Part shown: piece by piece, positions 27,632 through 37,278 of the stretch
Position numbering within the stretch: position 1 is the first letter of the stretch
How the letters are laid out: every line of letters begins with the position of its first letter
Origin: a virus
DNA: 64,000 nucleotides
Strand: one strand, 5' to 3'
IMG/VR virus record: IMGVR_UViG_3300043137_000338
Position numbers and translations under genes: made by a program
The notes under the pieces: generated by a model
Database searches by the model: none
What the model was told of the DNA's origin: nothing
Seen by the model: only the letters and a program-made list of their open reading frames with translations

Positions 27632-28988
27632 TGAGGAGTATTGCAGAAAGGTAGTTCCACATCTTAAGAAAGAATACTTTGCGGATCGCAAAGATGCTAT
27701 GATCGCAAGTCTTGTTGTTTCCTTCTTCACGAAGTACAATAAGACAGCATCTACAGAAATTCTGGCTATTGAGATCGCCAACCTCAAGGGGTTGACTGAC
27801 AAAGAAGTCCCAGAATATACTGAATATCTTCAAAGTCTAAACACTCAAGAAAAGAACCAAGAATGGCTGCTTGAGCAAACAGAGCAATTCTGTAAAGACC
27901 GAGCAGTTTACAACGCCATTCTTGCTTCCATTAAAATCATTGAAGGAAAAGACCAAGTCCACAGTAAGGATGCGATCCCTTCATTGTTGTCTGAAGCACT
28001 TGGCACTTGCTTTGACAATCACATTGGTCATGATTACATTGAGAATGCTGAGGAACGATTTGACTTCTATAACAGAATAGAAGAAAAGATTCCGTTCGAT
28101 TTGGAGATGTTTAACCTTATCACTAAAGGTGGTCTGTCTCGTAAAACTCTAAACATTGCGCTTGCCGGCACTGGTGTTGGTAAGTCTTTGTTCATGTGTC
28201 ACGTGGCAGCTGGTGCACTAACCAAGGGTAGAAATGTCTTATACATAACTATGGAAATGGCTGAGGAGCGCATCGCAGAACGTATTGACGCGAATCTCTT
28301 GAACCTGACCATGGATGAATTGAAGGTTGTTGATAGAGAAGTCTTCAATACGCGTATTGGTAAAATCGCTAAAAAGACTCAAGGTAAGCTAATCGTCAAA
28401 GAGTATCCTACTGCATCAGCGCACGCTGGACATTTCCGTGCCTTGTTAGAAGAGCTAAAGCTAAAGCGAGAATTCATCCCTGACATTATCATGATCGACT
28501 ATTTAAACATCTGCGCTTCTCAACGTATGAAGCAGGGAGCGAATGTAAATTCTTATACATATGTAAAGGCAATCGCTGAAGAGCTTCGTGGTCTGGCAGT
28601 AGAGTACAACGTTCCGATTATTTCGGCAACTCAAACTACCAGAGGTGGTTTCACGAATAGCGATCCAGGATTGGAAGATACTTCAGAATCATTCGGCTTG
28701 CCTGCCACTGCTGACTTTATGTTTGCCTTGGTATCAAACGAAGAACTTGAGCAGTTGAATCAGATCATCGTTAAGCAATTGAAGAACCGTTACAATGATC
28801 TGAACTACTATAAGAGATTTGTTCTTGGTATTGATCGCTCGAAGATGAAACTCTATGATGTTGAGATTTCTGCTCAAGAAGGTTTGTCCGACGCAGGTAA
28901 ACGAAGCCATGATGACGGTCCGATGTTTGATAAGAGTGAATTCGGTAAACGGTTGAAGACAGATGGCTACGAAGGTTTTAAGTTCTAA
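27591..28988 (+). CDS. 41: replicative DNA helicase gp41 (DnaB-like)
   Basis: Walker A LAGTGVGKS, YITMEMAEERIAERIDANLL and the VKAIAEELRGLAVEYNVPIISATQ arginine-finger region parallel T4 gp41; intact, no intein. Confidence 0.88.
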   Translation: MTLEKTILSNLINNEEYCRKVVPHLKKEYFADRKDAMIASLVVSFFTKYNKTASTEILAIEIANLKGLTDKEVPEYTEYLQSLNTQEKNQEWLLEQTEQFCKDRAVYNAILASIKIIEGKDQVHSKDAIPSLLSEALGTCFDNHIGHDYIENAEERFDFYNRIEEKIPFDLEMFNLITKGGLSRKTLNIALAGTGVGKSLFMCHVAAGALTKGRNVLYITMEMAEERIAERIDANLLNLTMDELKVVDREVFNTRIGKIAKKTQGKLIVKEYPTASAHAGHFRALLEELKLKREFIPDIIMIDYLNICASQRMKQGANVNSYTYVKAIAEELRGLAVEYNVPIISATQTTRGGFTNSDPGLEDTSESFGLPATADFMFALVSNEELEQLNQIIVKQLKNRYNDLNYYKRFVLGIDRSKMKLYDVEISAQEGLSDAGKRSHDDGPMFDKSEFGKRLKTDGYEGFKF

Positions 28989-28998
28989 GGAGAATTAT

Positions 28999-30300
28999 AT
29001 GGTAAAGGTTATTGTCGCTGATAGAAAACATGATTGCACTCATTTGTTGGGTCAATTTCTAGACGAGTCTCACTACGATGTTCTGTTGGAAGAAGATTGT
29101 GATGTGTACGCTCCGCCAGAATATGGTGATTCGATTGAGAATAAGGACGAGCGTAGAATCATCATGAAGTTTCGCAAGAACTTCTTCACCAAAGAACAGC
29201 AGGATGCTGCCTATGCAGGTCTACGTGAAGCTGCCATCGAAACTCAGAACAGAGGTTTGGCTGCAGGTCCGCGTGCTGATAAGTTAGGCAATCGCGATTG
29301 GGTCACTGAGTATGAGTATGACATGGTTGACTATTTTCTCAAGCCAACTGGTAACCTGTTCGGCGAAGATCCAGTAGAAGAAATTCGTAAGAAGCATGCT
29401 TCTAAGAAAGGTGTCATCTCGAATCGTTCCAATGTATGGTCCATTGACCGTGTTCAGAAAGATAAGTTCAACTTTGAAGCATGGGTAGATGCCACTAAAA
29501 TTCTTTCCGAGGATGAGCAGATTGCTTCCGCCAAGTACGTGGCTGAGAAACTGATCTGCGCCACCACCTATGCTAACTCTGTTAACTCTGGTATTGCTGG
29601 TTGGTTCGATCGCTATCCACGCATCCCTTATGGTCGCGCCACTTCTTATACTCAGAAGAATCCTGAGAAGTTTGCCATGGCTTTTCCTTTCCTACAAACC
29701 CTTGCTGCTGGATTTAAAGATTTGCTCCCATGGCGTTATGGGAATCAAATGGAAGCTGCTTCGAAGATTGATAAGCAATTCCTGGTTCCTGGAACACCAT
29801 TCACCACTGTAACTGTTAACAAAACTTTCCGCACAGCTGCTCACTACGATGCCGGTGACTTGACTAGCGGGTTGTCTAACTTGTTGACTCTATCCAACGA
29901 TGGTCGTTACAGCGGTGCTTACCTTGTTGCACCTGAGTATCGTGTAGCTGTTAACGTTCGTCCCGGTGATTTGCTTCTGATCAACAACCATGAAGTTATG
30001 CACGGAAATACTCCTATCGTCTGTCAAGAAGGTTCTGAGCGTATTTCGCTTGTGGTTTACTTCCGTGAGAAGATGCTTGAGCTCGGTACTAAGGAATATG
30101 AAGACTGTCGATTTGACTTTGTTGAATCTCGTCGTCTAAATAAAGAACATCCAGAGTGGCGTCCACTCTGGAATGGTGTTGGTTCTGGTATGTGGGAAAG
30201 CCAAGACTGGTATGACTACCTAGAATCGAAGATGGGAACTACTGTTTTGCAGAAGTATCATCCAGACTCTGTTAAATCTTCGCTTGAAGACTTCTTTTAA
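28999..30300 (+). CDS. 2OG-Fe(II) dioxygenase-like protein (possible nucleic-acid base oxygenase)
   Basis: HxD AAHYDAGD and distal His NNHEVMHGNTPI; ATG 28999 with AAGGAG. Confidence 0.45.
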   Translation: MVKVIVADRKHDCTHLLGQFLDESHYDVLLEEDCDVYAPPEYGDSIENKDERRIIMKFRKNFFTKEQQDAAYAGLREAAIETQNRGLAAGPRADKLGNRDWVTEYEYDMVDYFLKPTGNLFGEDPVEEIRKKHASKKGVISNRSNVWSIDRVQKDKFNFEAWVDATKILSEDEQIASAKYVAEKLICATTYANSVNSGIAGWFDRYPRIPYGRATSYTQKNPEKFAMAFPFLQTLAAGFKDLLPWRYGNQMEAASKIDKQFLVPGTPFTTVTVNKTFRTAAHYDAGDLTSGLSNLLTLSNDGRYSGAYLVAPEYRVAVNVRPGDLLLINNHEVMHGNTPIVCQEGSERISLVVYFREKMLELGTKEYEDCRFDFVESRRLNKEHPEWRPLWNGVGSGMWESQDWYDYLESKMGTTVLQKYHPDSVKSSLEDFF

Positions 30301-30314
30301 ACTGAAAGATAATT

Positions 30315-31661
30315 ATGAAAATTTTAATGGTAATGCATACGTTCAATAACTTCGGTGGTATCATCAATCACTGTGAACATTTGATGGCTGGTTTAAAAGA
30401 GCTTGGTCACGAAGTTAACTTTGCATATTTGAAGGGTAATAAAACTGTTCGCCCAGTTCAGATTCCTGAAACGCTGGGTGAAGGATGGGAGATTGGTGTT
30501 GGCTCAGGTTATCCTGTCCACCAGGGTGATGGTTGGATGGCACCTTACTACTCTTACAAAGTTAAAGAGTCTATCAATAAATTCGTTGAGGATGCTAACA
30601 AACATGACATCGTAATCTGGCAATCTATCTTTGGATTTAAGAACAAAGACACTGAGAAAGATGTCAACTGGCTGCCGATGATCGAGAAGGTTAAAGCGAA
30701 ACAAGTTGCCATTATTCATGACGGTAATCTGAAGAAGTTGTATACTTGGATTCAATTGTTCGAACAACATTTTGCAGGTCTGGCATGTGTGCATCCTGCA
30801 GCGTATGATTCAGCTGACTTCATGAACGTTCCGCGTGCAATGATTCTGAACCCACAAGACATCGCTGGTATTCCTGAGACTCCAAGATATGCTGGTCGTG
30901 AGAACAAGATCCTTTCTATTCAAACATTCAAGCGTTGGAAGCGTGTTGATGACTTAGTTCGTGCAGTTCCACACATGCCAATGGTTAAAACTCTGGTAGG
31001 TGGTTATGGTATGGAAGCTGCATACATGATGTCCAAGGAAAAGTGTAAGGAAGAATACTACTGTACGAAGGAGTATGATCCAGATGCAACTGACAAAATG
31101 TTGGGTAAGCGTATCTGGGAAAATGCTGAAAACTCTGGCACCTTCGACTACCTTGGCTTTATCTCTGGCGGTAAGCGTGATGAGATCCTAACTACATCTA
31201 AATTTCTTGTAGATCCAAGCTGGTCAAATACCTATGGCGAGCATTTCAACCGTGTGGTGATTGATGCCATGCGTATTGGTACTGTTCCCATTGCAATTAA
31301 CTACGGTGTTTCCAACAACGAAGAAGGTAATGGAGTTGTTCTAAAGGCAGGTATCAATTATTGTATGTTGAAGCGTTCTTATACACCAAGACAATACGCT
31401 GAAAAAATCACAGAGTACTGCGATATGAGCCCAGAAGCATACAAACAGATTCAGTTGAACAACTATGAACTGATTAAACAGTTTGATCGTAAGGTGATCG
31501 CTCAGCACTATGTCGATCTCGCAATGGGTAAGCAAACTGGTTATCTAAATGAATTGAAGACCAAATCTAATCACGACCCTAAGCTGCCAAAGCTGGCTCG
31601 TAAAATGTTTGATGAACACTTTGAAGATAACACTGTAGATCTAGAATCTTTCTTTGGTTGA
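30315..31661 (+). CDS. GT-B fold glycosyltransferase (GT4-like)
   Basis: N-terminal MKILMVMHTFNNFGG..HEV motif and C-terminal E..E nucleotide-sugar motif NTYGEHFNRVVIDAMRIGTVPIA. Confidence 0.65.
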   Translation: MKILMVMHTFNNFGGIINHCEHLMAGLKELGHEVNFAYLKGNKTVRPVQIPETLGEGWEIGVGSGYPVHQGDGWMAPYYSYKVKESINKFVEDANKHDIVIWQSIFGFKNKDTEKDVNWLPMIEKVKAKQVAIIHDGNLKKLYTWIQLFEQHFAGLACVHPAAYDSADFMNVPRAMILNPQDIAGIPETPRYAGRENKILSIQTFKRWKRVDDLVRAVPHMPMVKTLVGGYGMEAAYMMSKEKCKEEYYCTKEYDPDATDKMLGKRIWENAENSGTFDYLGFISGGKRDEILTTSKFLVDPSWSNTYGEHFNRVVIDAMRIGTVPIAINYGVSNNEEGNGVVLKAGINYCMLKRSYTPRQYAEKITEYCDMSPEAYKQIQLNNYELIKQFDRKVIAQHYVDLAMGKQTGYLNELKTKSNHDPKLPKLARKMFDEHFEDNTVDLESFFG

Positions 31662-31703
31662 AATGTGACCTAAATACATGATGCAGACATATGGATTGGA
31701 ATC

Positions 31704-32618
31704 ATGGCAACAGCAAATACAATACTATCAGATATCAATGAAATCTACACTGGCTACGTTCTAAACGGAAACGAATGGTACGACAACGCTGCTAAACAGC
31801 AATTTAACGAGAGATGCAAACAAGCAAATGCTGATGAAGTAGCTGATGCTATTGGTAAATCTGCAGTGATGGCAGAAGAATTCATTAAGTGGGCGAAACA
31901 AAATGGATATAAGACTCCAATAGTAGGGGTCTGGTGGACTGCTCGTCCAGGTTCTATGGCTGATGCCTTTGGAGAACCAGTCGATCAGAAGAAAAATCCT
32001 ACAGACATCTTAGTTAAATTTAACTCTGGTCCATCTAAAGGATTCCTCGGTCTGTCAGCTAAAGCTACTCAAGGCAAAGGTGATATCGGATTTAAGAATC
32101 CAGGTGTTGGAACTGTTGATAGAAACCTTGGACTTAAACTTGGTGAAGAATATAAGAATCAGTTGGCGCAAACAATTAAAAAGTTTAATCTTCCTCCATC
32201 TGACACTCTGAGAAAACCATATATTCGAGAAAATCCTGGAATTAAAAAACAGACTGAAGAGATCGGTGTAAAGGTTTTAGCAGCTATGCGTGATGTTATG
32301 ATGCTGCGTTTACAGAAAATGAAACAACCCGAGCTAAAGAAATATCTGCTATCAGATTGGATGGATGCTGAAGTTATATCTCCTCCCTATATTAAAGTTA
32401 CTGGTCAAGGGAACAAAGCACCATATAAAGCAATGGTTATGGATCCAATTAATAATCCAAAACTAGATGCTCTTAGTAAATACGATATCAAGTTAGAGAT
32501 CGTTGGTAATGAATCAATCGGTGTATCTGCTGGTAGTAAAAAGATAATGAAGATTCGATTTAAATTTGAATCTGAAAAGATGGCATCATCAGTAAAGTTG
32601 TCCGGAGACCCCTGGTAA
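31704..32618 (+). CDS. hypothetical protein
   Basis: ORF only. Confidence 0.35.
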   Translation: MATANTILSDINEIYTGYVLNGNEWYDNAAKQQFNERCKQANADEVADAIGKSAVMAEEFIKWAKQNGYKTPIVGVWWTARPGSMADAFGEPVDQKKNPTDILVKFNSGPSKGFLGLSAKATQGKGDIGFKNPGVGTVDRNLGLKLGEEYKNQLAQTIKKFNLPPSDTLRKPYIRENPGIKKQTEEIGVKVLAAMRDVMMLRLQKMKQPELKKYLLSDWMDAEVISPPYIKVTGQGNKAPYKAMVMDPINNPKLDALSKYDIKLEIVGNESIGVSAGSKKIMKIRFKFESEKMASSVKLSGDPW

Positions 32619-32638
32619 ACCCTACTGAGAGTAGGGTT
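32618..32638 (+). terminator. hairpin AACCCTACTGAGAGTAGGGTT (cassette copy 5)
   Basis: Inverted repeat directly after the stop codon. Confidence 0.55.
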
Positions 32639-32643
32639 ATCGC

Positions 32644-32672
32644 TTGACTTTAATGCAACAAAGAGGTAAAAT
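32644..32672 (+). promoter_or_regulatory. early promoter TTGACTTTAATGCA..N..TAAAAT (leaderless start for the next gene)
   Basis: -35 32644-32649, -10 TAAAAT 32667-32672; the ATG at 32679 sits at the predicted +1. Confidence 0.55.
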
Positions 32673-32678
32673 AACGGT

Positions 32679-33914
32679 ATGAAGTTGAAAAGTTTAAAGA
32701 CCTACATAGTCGAGGAAAAGAACACCCACATGGAACACCTCGAGGACCTAGTCTTCAACGAAGGTGTAGCTGGCACTCGCAAGGCGATCAACTTCCTACG
32801 TGACCTCCGTGACATGCTTGCAGGCAACTCTGCTTCCAAAGTAACTGCCACTGTGAAGTGGGACGGCGCACCAGCTATCTTTGCTGGTATTGATCCAAGA
32901 GACGGAAAGTTCTTCGTAGCTAAGAAGGGTATCTTCAATAAAGAGCCTAAAGTTTATAAGACTTCAGCCGAGATTGATGCTGAGTTGTCTGGAGATCTAG
33001 CCGATAAATTCAAGATCGCTCTCTCTGAATTCTCAAAGCTAGGCATCAAGTCTGGTGTTTATCAAGGTGACCTTATGTTCACTGACGATAAAAAGATCGA
33101 GATCATCGACGATGAGAAGTATGTTACCTTTCATCCAAACACTATCGTTTATGCCATTCCTTACTCTAGCGAGTTAGGTGCTAAGATTCGTTCTGCCAAG
33201 ATCGGTATCGTTTGGCATACTACCTACGAAGGTAAGTCTTTTGAGACTATGTCTGCTTCCTTTGGTAAAGGTATCGTTGAGAAGTTCAAGGATGTTTCTA
33301 GCATCTGGATGGACGACGCTAACTATAAAGACTACTCTGGTACTGCTACTTTCACTAAGTCAGAGACTGCTGCAGTAACTAAAATGCTTTCCGATGTTGG
33401 TTCTATGTTTCAAGCTACGAACCCTCTAACTCTCAATGCAATATCTAGAGACGAAGATCTATTGATGCAGGTTAAAACCTACAACAACTCCAAGATCAAA
33501 GCCAATACTCCTATCACTGATATCAATGCGCATGTCACTGGGCTTTTCGACTACATTCATGATAAGTTCCAGAAGGAAATCGAGTCCAAGAAAACTCAAA
33601 AGGGTAAAGACGTTCAAGAAGAAAAGCGTAAGAAGATTCTAGCTTTCTTCGCTAATCATGATAAACGTGAGATCGTTAAGATCTTTGAGATAGCTGAGAA
33701 GCTAACCACTATCAAAGAAATGATCATCAACAAGATGAACGAAGCTGGACATATCTCCACGTTCATCAAGACTTCTTCTGGATTCAAAGTTACTGGAGTA
33801 GAAGGTTTTGTTGCCATTGATCACCTATCCGGCGGCGCTGTTAAGATCGTCAATCGTATGGAATTTAGCAAGGCTAACTTCTCTTCTGAAGTAATTAAAG
33901 GGTGGCAAAGATGA
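32679..33914 (+). CDS. putative covalent nucleotidyltransferase (RNA/DNA ligase-like, KxDG)
   Basis: VKWDGAPAIF motif-I-like lysine and downstream DG/K motifs; weak. Confidence 0.35.
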   Translation: MKLKSLKTYIVEEKNTHMEHLEDLVFNEGVAGTRKAINFLRDLRDMLAGNSASKVTATVKWDGAPAIFAGIDPRDGKFFVAKKGIFNKEPKVYKTSAEIDAELSGDLADKFKIALSEFSKLGIKSGVYQGDLMFTDDKKIEIIDDEKYVTFHPNTIVYAIPYSSELGAKIRSAKIGIVWHTTYEGKSFETMSASFGKGIVEKFKDVSSIWMDDANYKDYSGTATFTKSETAAVTKMLSDVGSMFQATNPLTLNAISRDEDLLMQVKTYNNSKIKANTPITDINAHVTGLFDYIHDKFQKEIESKKTQKGKDVQEEKRKKILAFFANHDKREIVKIFEIAEKLTTIKEMIINKMNEAGHISTFIKTSSGFKVTGVEGFVAIDHLSGGAVKIVNRMEFSKANFSSEVIKGWQR

Positions 33915-36241
33915 AAAAATTTACAGAATATAAAGAGAAACAAAACATTATTCCTGAGGAAGTTAAAACTCCAAAACCACAAAACATTGAGCTACTAGAA
34001 TCTTTTTCTAATAACTACAAAAAATTCAGTGATGCTATCGAAAAAGCTGAACTACTAGAGTCTTTCTTCAATGGCGGAGATAGTTCAGTAATAATGCAGC
34101 GTGATGAGATAGAACAATTATTTCTATCTCACTTATTGGTTGTCAATGAAAATATAGAATATCTTAAAAAAGATCTAACTAAAATTAACGAATCTGATAT
34201 GAATCTTCTATCAGATTTAATACAACATGTTGATAAAAAAACTAATAAAATTATTAGATATATTAATGAAGAAGTTCCAAAAAATAAAAAGAAAATTATT
34301 GAGACAGAATTCAACATTAATAAAGCACTTTCTTTAACTAAGAAACATGTAGATGAACTACAGGAATTTGTAGATTCAGAAACTGATATATTCAATAATT
34401 TAAATTCTAAGATTGATTATATTAATGAATTAGTAGAAAGTAATAAAAATAAGTTAATTGAAACAGAATTTAATACCAATAAAGCTCTTTCTTTAAATAC
34501 TGAAGCATTAAAGAATACCGAAACTAAACTAGAAAAACTAGAGTCAGTTGTAGAAGCAGAATCCCATAATCTAAATCTTCTTAGTGTTAAACTACAAGAA
34601 GCTAGTGAATTAACTGCAACAAATAAAGAAACTTTACTAACTGATATTAAATATCTATATTTCGATATAGAATCTGTTGGAACTAAAGTTAAGTCTTTGT
34701 CTGAAAAATATGATAATTCTATAACGCCATTTTTAGATAAAATTAATAAGTTTCAAGAAAAAATTGATACTATTAATAGCGTAAATGAAGAATATAACAA
34801 AACAATAGATAAAACTAAGAAAGAAATAGTTGAGACTATTAGAGAAGTAAATTCTATTTTTATCAATTCAAAGTACGATGAATTAGATACTAAGATAGAT
34901 AAAGTTAATAAGTTATATGAAGAATTAAATACAGTTAACGTTGTTAAGGCTAAGCTGAATGAGGTAACTCCTCCTGCAGCATCTCCAGTACAACCTTATA
35001 TCCAAAGTCAAGAGATAGTTGGATTAAACAATAAGATTAAATTCCTAGAAAGAGCCATTAGTAGAATTGCTGCTACTGGTCCAGGTTCAGGTGAAGTTAA
35101 TTTAAGATGGTTAGATGACGTTGATAGGGCAACAATTGGTGATGGTAAGTATCTAAACTATAACGCTACAACTAAGAAGTTTCAGTTCTCTACTGTTAGT
35201 GGTGGAACTGGTGGATCTTTCTCTGGTTCTTATAATGACTTAACTGATAAACCTACAATACCAGCTGCTCAAGTTAATAGTGACTGGAATGCAGTTAGTG
35301 GGTTAGCTCAGATTTTAAACAAACCAACTTTGTTTAGTGGTTCTTATACAGACTTAACTAACAAGCCAAGTATTCCTAGCTTGACTGGATATGCTACAGA
35401 AACATATGTTGGAACAGCAATTTCTAATTTAGTTAATACTGCTCCTGCTACACTCGATACACTAAATGAGCTTGCTGCCGCGCTGGGAAATGATGCTAAC
35501 TTTTCTACCACAATTGCAACTACCTTAGGAAATAAAGCAGATAAAACTGAACTATTTTCTCGTGCCTATGCTGACTTGACAGGTAAACCTACTCTATTCT
35601 CTGGTGCCTATGCTGACCTGACTGGTAAGCCAACTTTGGGAACTATCAGTTCTCAGAGCGATTCTAGCGTAAGTATTACTGGTGGCTCGATAAACGGAAC
35701 GACCGTAGGTGCTACAACTCCAGCCACAGGATCATTCACTACTCTGATTGGCGGCGCAGGGTCTGCAAATTATGTACAAGTAGTCGGCGCAGCAGCAGCA
35801 GGAATTCCTGTTATATCTGCTCAGGGTTCTGATACAAACATTAACTTAACCCTAACACCAAAAGGTACGGGTCGTGTGATTGTTACGACTGGTATTAAAG
35901 CGCGTGTTAATTCAATTGCCGTTGCTGCAGGCACAACTTCACAAAGTTGGACTAGTGATTCCTACGATCAGTACAATTTAACTTTGTCTAACACAGCAAC
36001 ATTGACGATTGGCTTAGATACTGGAGTTCCTACAGACGGACAGAAAATGATGTTCCGCATTAAAGATGATGGAACAGTTCGCAATATTGCTTGGACTACT
36101 AGCGGAACCAACTGTTTTAGAGTTGTTGGAACAACACTGCCTACATCAACGACTACTATTAACAAACTAACTTATGTTGGTTGTGTTTATAATGCCGCAG
36201 ACTCTCGCTGGGATGTAATTGCAGTTGGTCAGGAAGCGTAA
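33902..36241 (+). CDS. fibrous protein: coiled-coil N-half with internal duplications, C-half with phage tail-fibre repeats (YxDLTxKPT)
   Basis: Repeats SGSYNDLTDKPTIP, SGSYTDLTNKPSIP, RAYADLTGKPTLF and SGAYADLTGKPTLG; duplicated IETEFNxNKALSL blocks. Confidence 0.6.
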   Translation: MAKMKKFTEYKEKQNIIPEEVKTPKPQNIELLESFSNNYKKFSDAIEKAELLESFFNGGDSSVIMQRDEIEQLFLSHLLVVNENIEYLKKDLTKINESDMNLLSDLIQHVDKKTNKIIRYINEEVPKNKKKIIETEFNINKALSLTKKHVDELQEFVDSETDIFNNLNSKIDYINELVESNKNKLIETEFNTNKALSLNTEALKNTETKLEKLESVVEAESHNLNLLSVKLQEASELTATNKETLLTDIKYLYFDIESVGTKVKSLSEKYDNSITPFLDKINKFQEKIDTINSVNEEYNKTIDKTKKEIVETIREVNSIFINSKYDELDTKIDKVNKLYEELNTVNVVKAKLNEVTPPAASPVQPYIQSQEIVGLNNKIKFLERAISRIAATGPGSGEVNLRWLDDVDRATIGDGKYLNYNATTKKFQFSTVSGGTGGSFSGSYNDLTDKPTIPAAQVNSDWNAVSGLAQILNKPTLFSGSYTDLTNKPSIPSLTGYATETYVGTAISNLVNTAPATLDTLNELAAALGNDANFSTTIATTLGNKADKTELFSRAYADLTGKPTLFSGAYADLTGKPTLGTISSQSDSSVSITGGSINGTTVGATTPATGSFTTLIGGAGSANYVQVVGAAAAGIPVISAQGSDTNINLTLTPKGTGRVIVTTGIKARVNSIAVAAGTTSQSWTSDSYDQYNLTLSNTATLTIGLDTGVPTDGQKMMFRIKDDGTVRNIAWTTSGTNCFRVVGTTLPTSTTTINKLTYVGCVYNAADSRWDVIAVGQEA

Positions 36242-37224
36242 TGACGCAAACAGTAACTACCCTAGACAACGGTGATAAACAGATCATAATTACAGGCACA
36301 GAAACTTGGACATTCCCTCCAGACTGGAATGATTACGCGAATAAGATTGAAGCATATGGTGCTGGCGGTAATGGTGCTGCGGGGTTGTCAAGTCGCAGCG
36401 GTGGTGGTGGTGGTGGCGGAGCCTACACACGTATAAGCAATATTCCTATAAAATTATATTCTCAAACCCCTAATCCCATAGACGGTCAACCCACAGCAAT
36501 AATAAGTCCAATAAACACCACTAACAGCAGTGTTGGTGGGTTTAATTTTACATTTTTTACACTATTTACAACAGATGCTGATGGTACAGCTGTGTTGTAC
36601 TATAATGGGGTAGGATGTTATCCCGGAGCATCCGCAACTGGAACTAATGGTGGGTTTGGTGGTGGATCAACAGATAATACTCCCGTTGAAGTATACTATC
36701 AAAATAATCGTATATCTTATCCAAAACTTGTTTATAGTCAATCTAGCGGTGGAAATGGTCGTACAAGCACTACAGCAGCTGGCGGTGGCGGCGGCGGCGC
36801 TGCAGGTCCAAATGGTGCGGGTGGTGCAGGCGGCACAAATACCACTACTCTTGGAACCACAGGGCGTGGTGGTGGTGGTGGTAACGGGGGTACTGCAGGG
36901 TCAAGTACTGCAGCCACTGCTGGCACTGCTGGAACCGGTGCCGGTGCAGGGGGTACAGGAGGTGCTGCAAGTACCTCTGGAACTGCAGGCGGAGGGATAA
37001 CTGTTACAGCGACTACCACTGTATTTTCTGGTGGTGGTGGTGGAGGTGCCGGCGATGGCACTACCACTACTACAGGTGGTGCTGGCGGTTTATACGGTGG
37101 TGGCGGAGGCGGTGGAGCTTCTTCTACTATTTCTACTGGTGGTTTAGGATCGATTGGTGCTTTGATCATCACCTATACTCCCATTGTTGTATCTGCTTCT
37201 AATAAGTTTTTTCTAATGTTTTAA
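36241..37224 (+). CDS. glycine-rich fibre-associated protein
   Basis: Poly-Gly/Ala/Thr low-complexity runs; the alternative-frame ORFs 36647..37000(+) and 36738..37172(-) are low-complexity artefacts. Confidence 0.45.
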   Translation: MTQTVTTLDNGDKQIIITGTETWTFPPDWNDYANKIEAYGAGGNGAAGLSSRSGGGGGGGAYTRISNIPIKLYSQTPNPIDGQPTAIISPINTTNSSVGGFNFTFFTLFTTDADGTAVLYYNGVGCYPGASATGTNGGFGGGSTDNTPVEVYYQNNRISYPKLVYSQSSGGNGRTSTTAAGGGGGGAAGPNGAGGAGGTNTTTLGTTGRGGGGGNGGTAGSSTAATAGTAGTGAGAGGTGGAASTSGTAGGGITVTATTTVFSGGGGGGAGDGTTTTTGGAGGLYGGGGGGGASSTISTGGLGSIGALIITYTPIVVSASNKFFLMF

Positions 37225-37278
37225 TGCATCTTGAAAATTTAAAATGACTAAATAATAGTATTACAGTCATTTTTATAG

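Noticed and set aside
36647-37172. Overlapping ORFs 36647..37000 (+) and 36738..37172 (-) with poly-Pro/Ala/Val translations
   Set aside because: They are alternative-frame readings of the GGN-rich glycine-repeat gene 36241..37224 and show low-complexity artefact composition.
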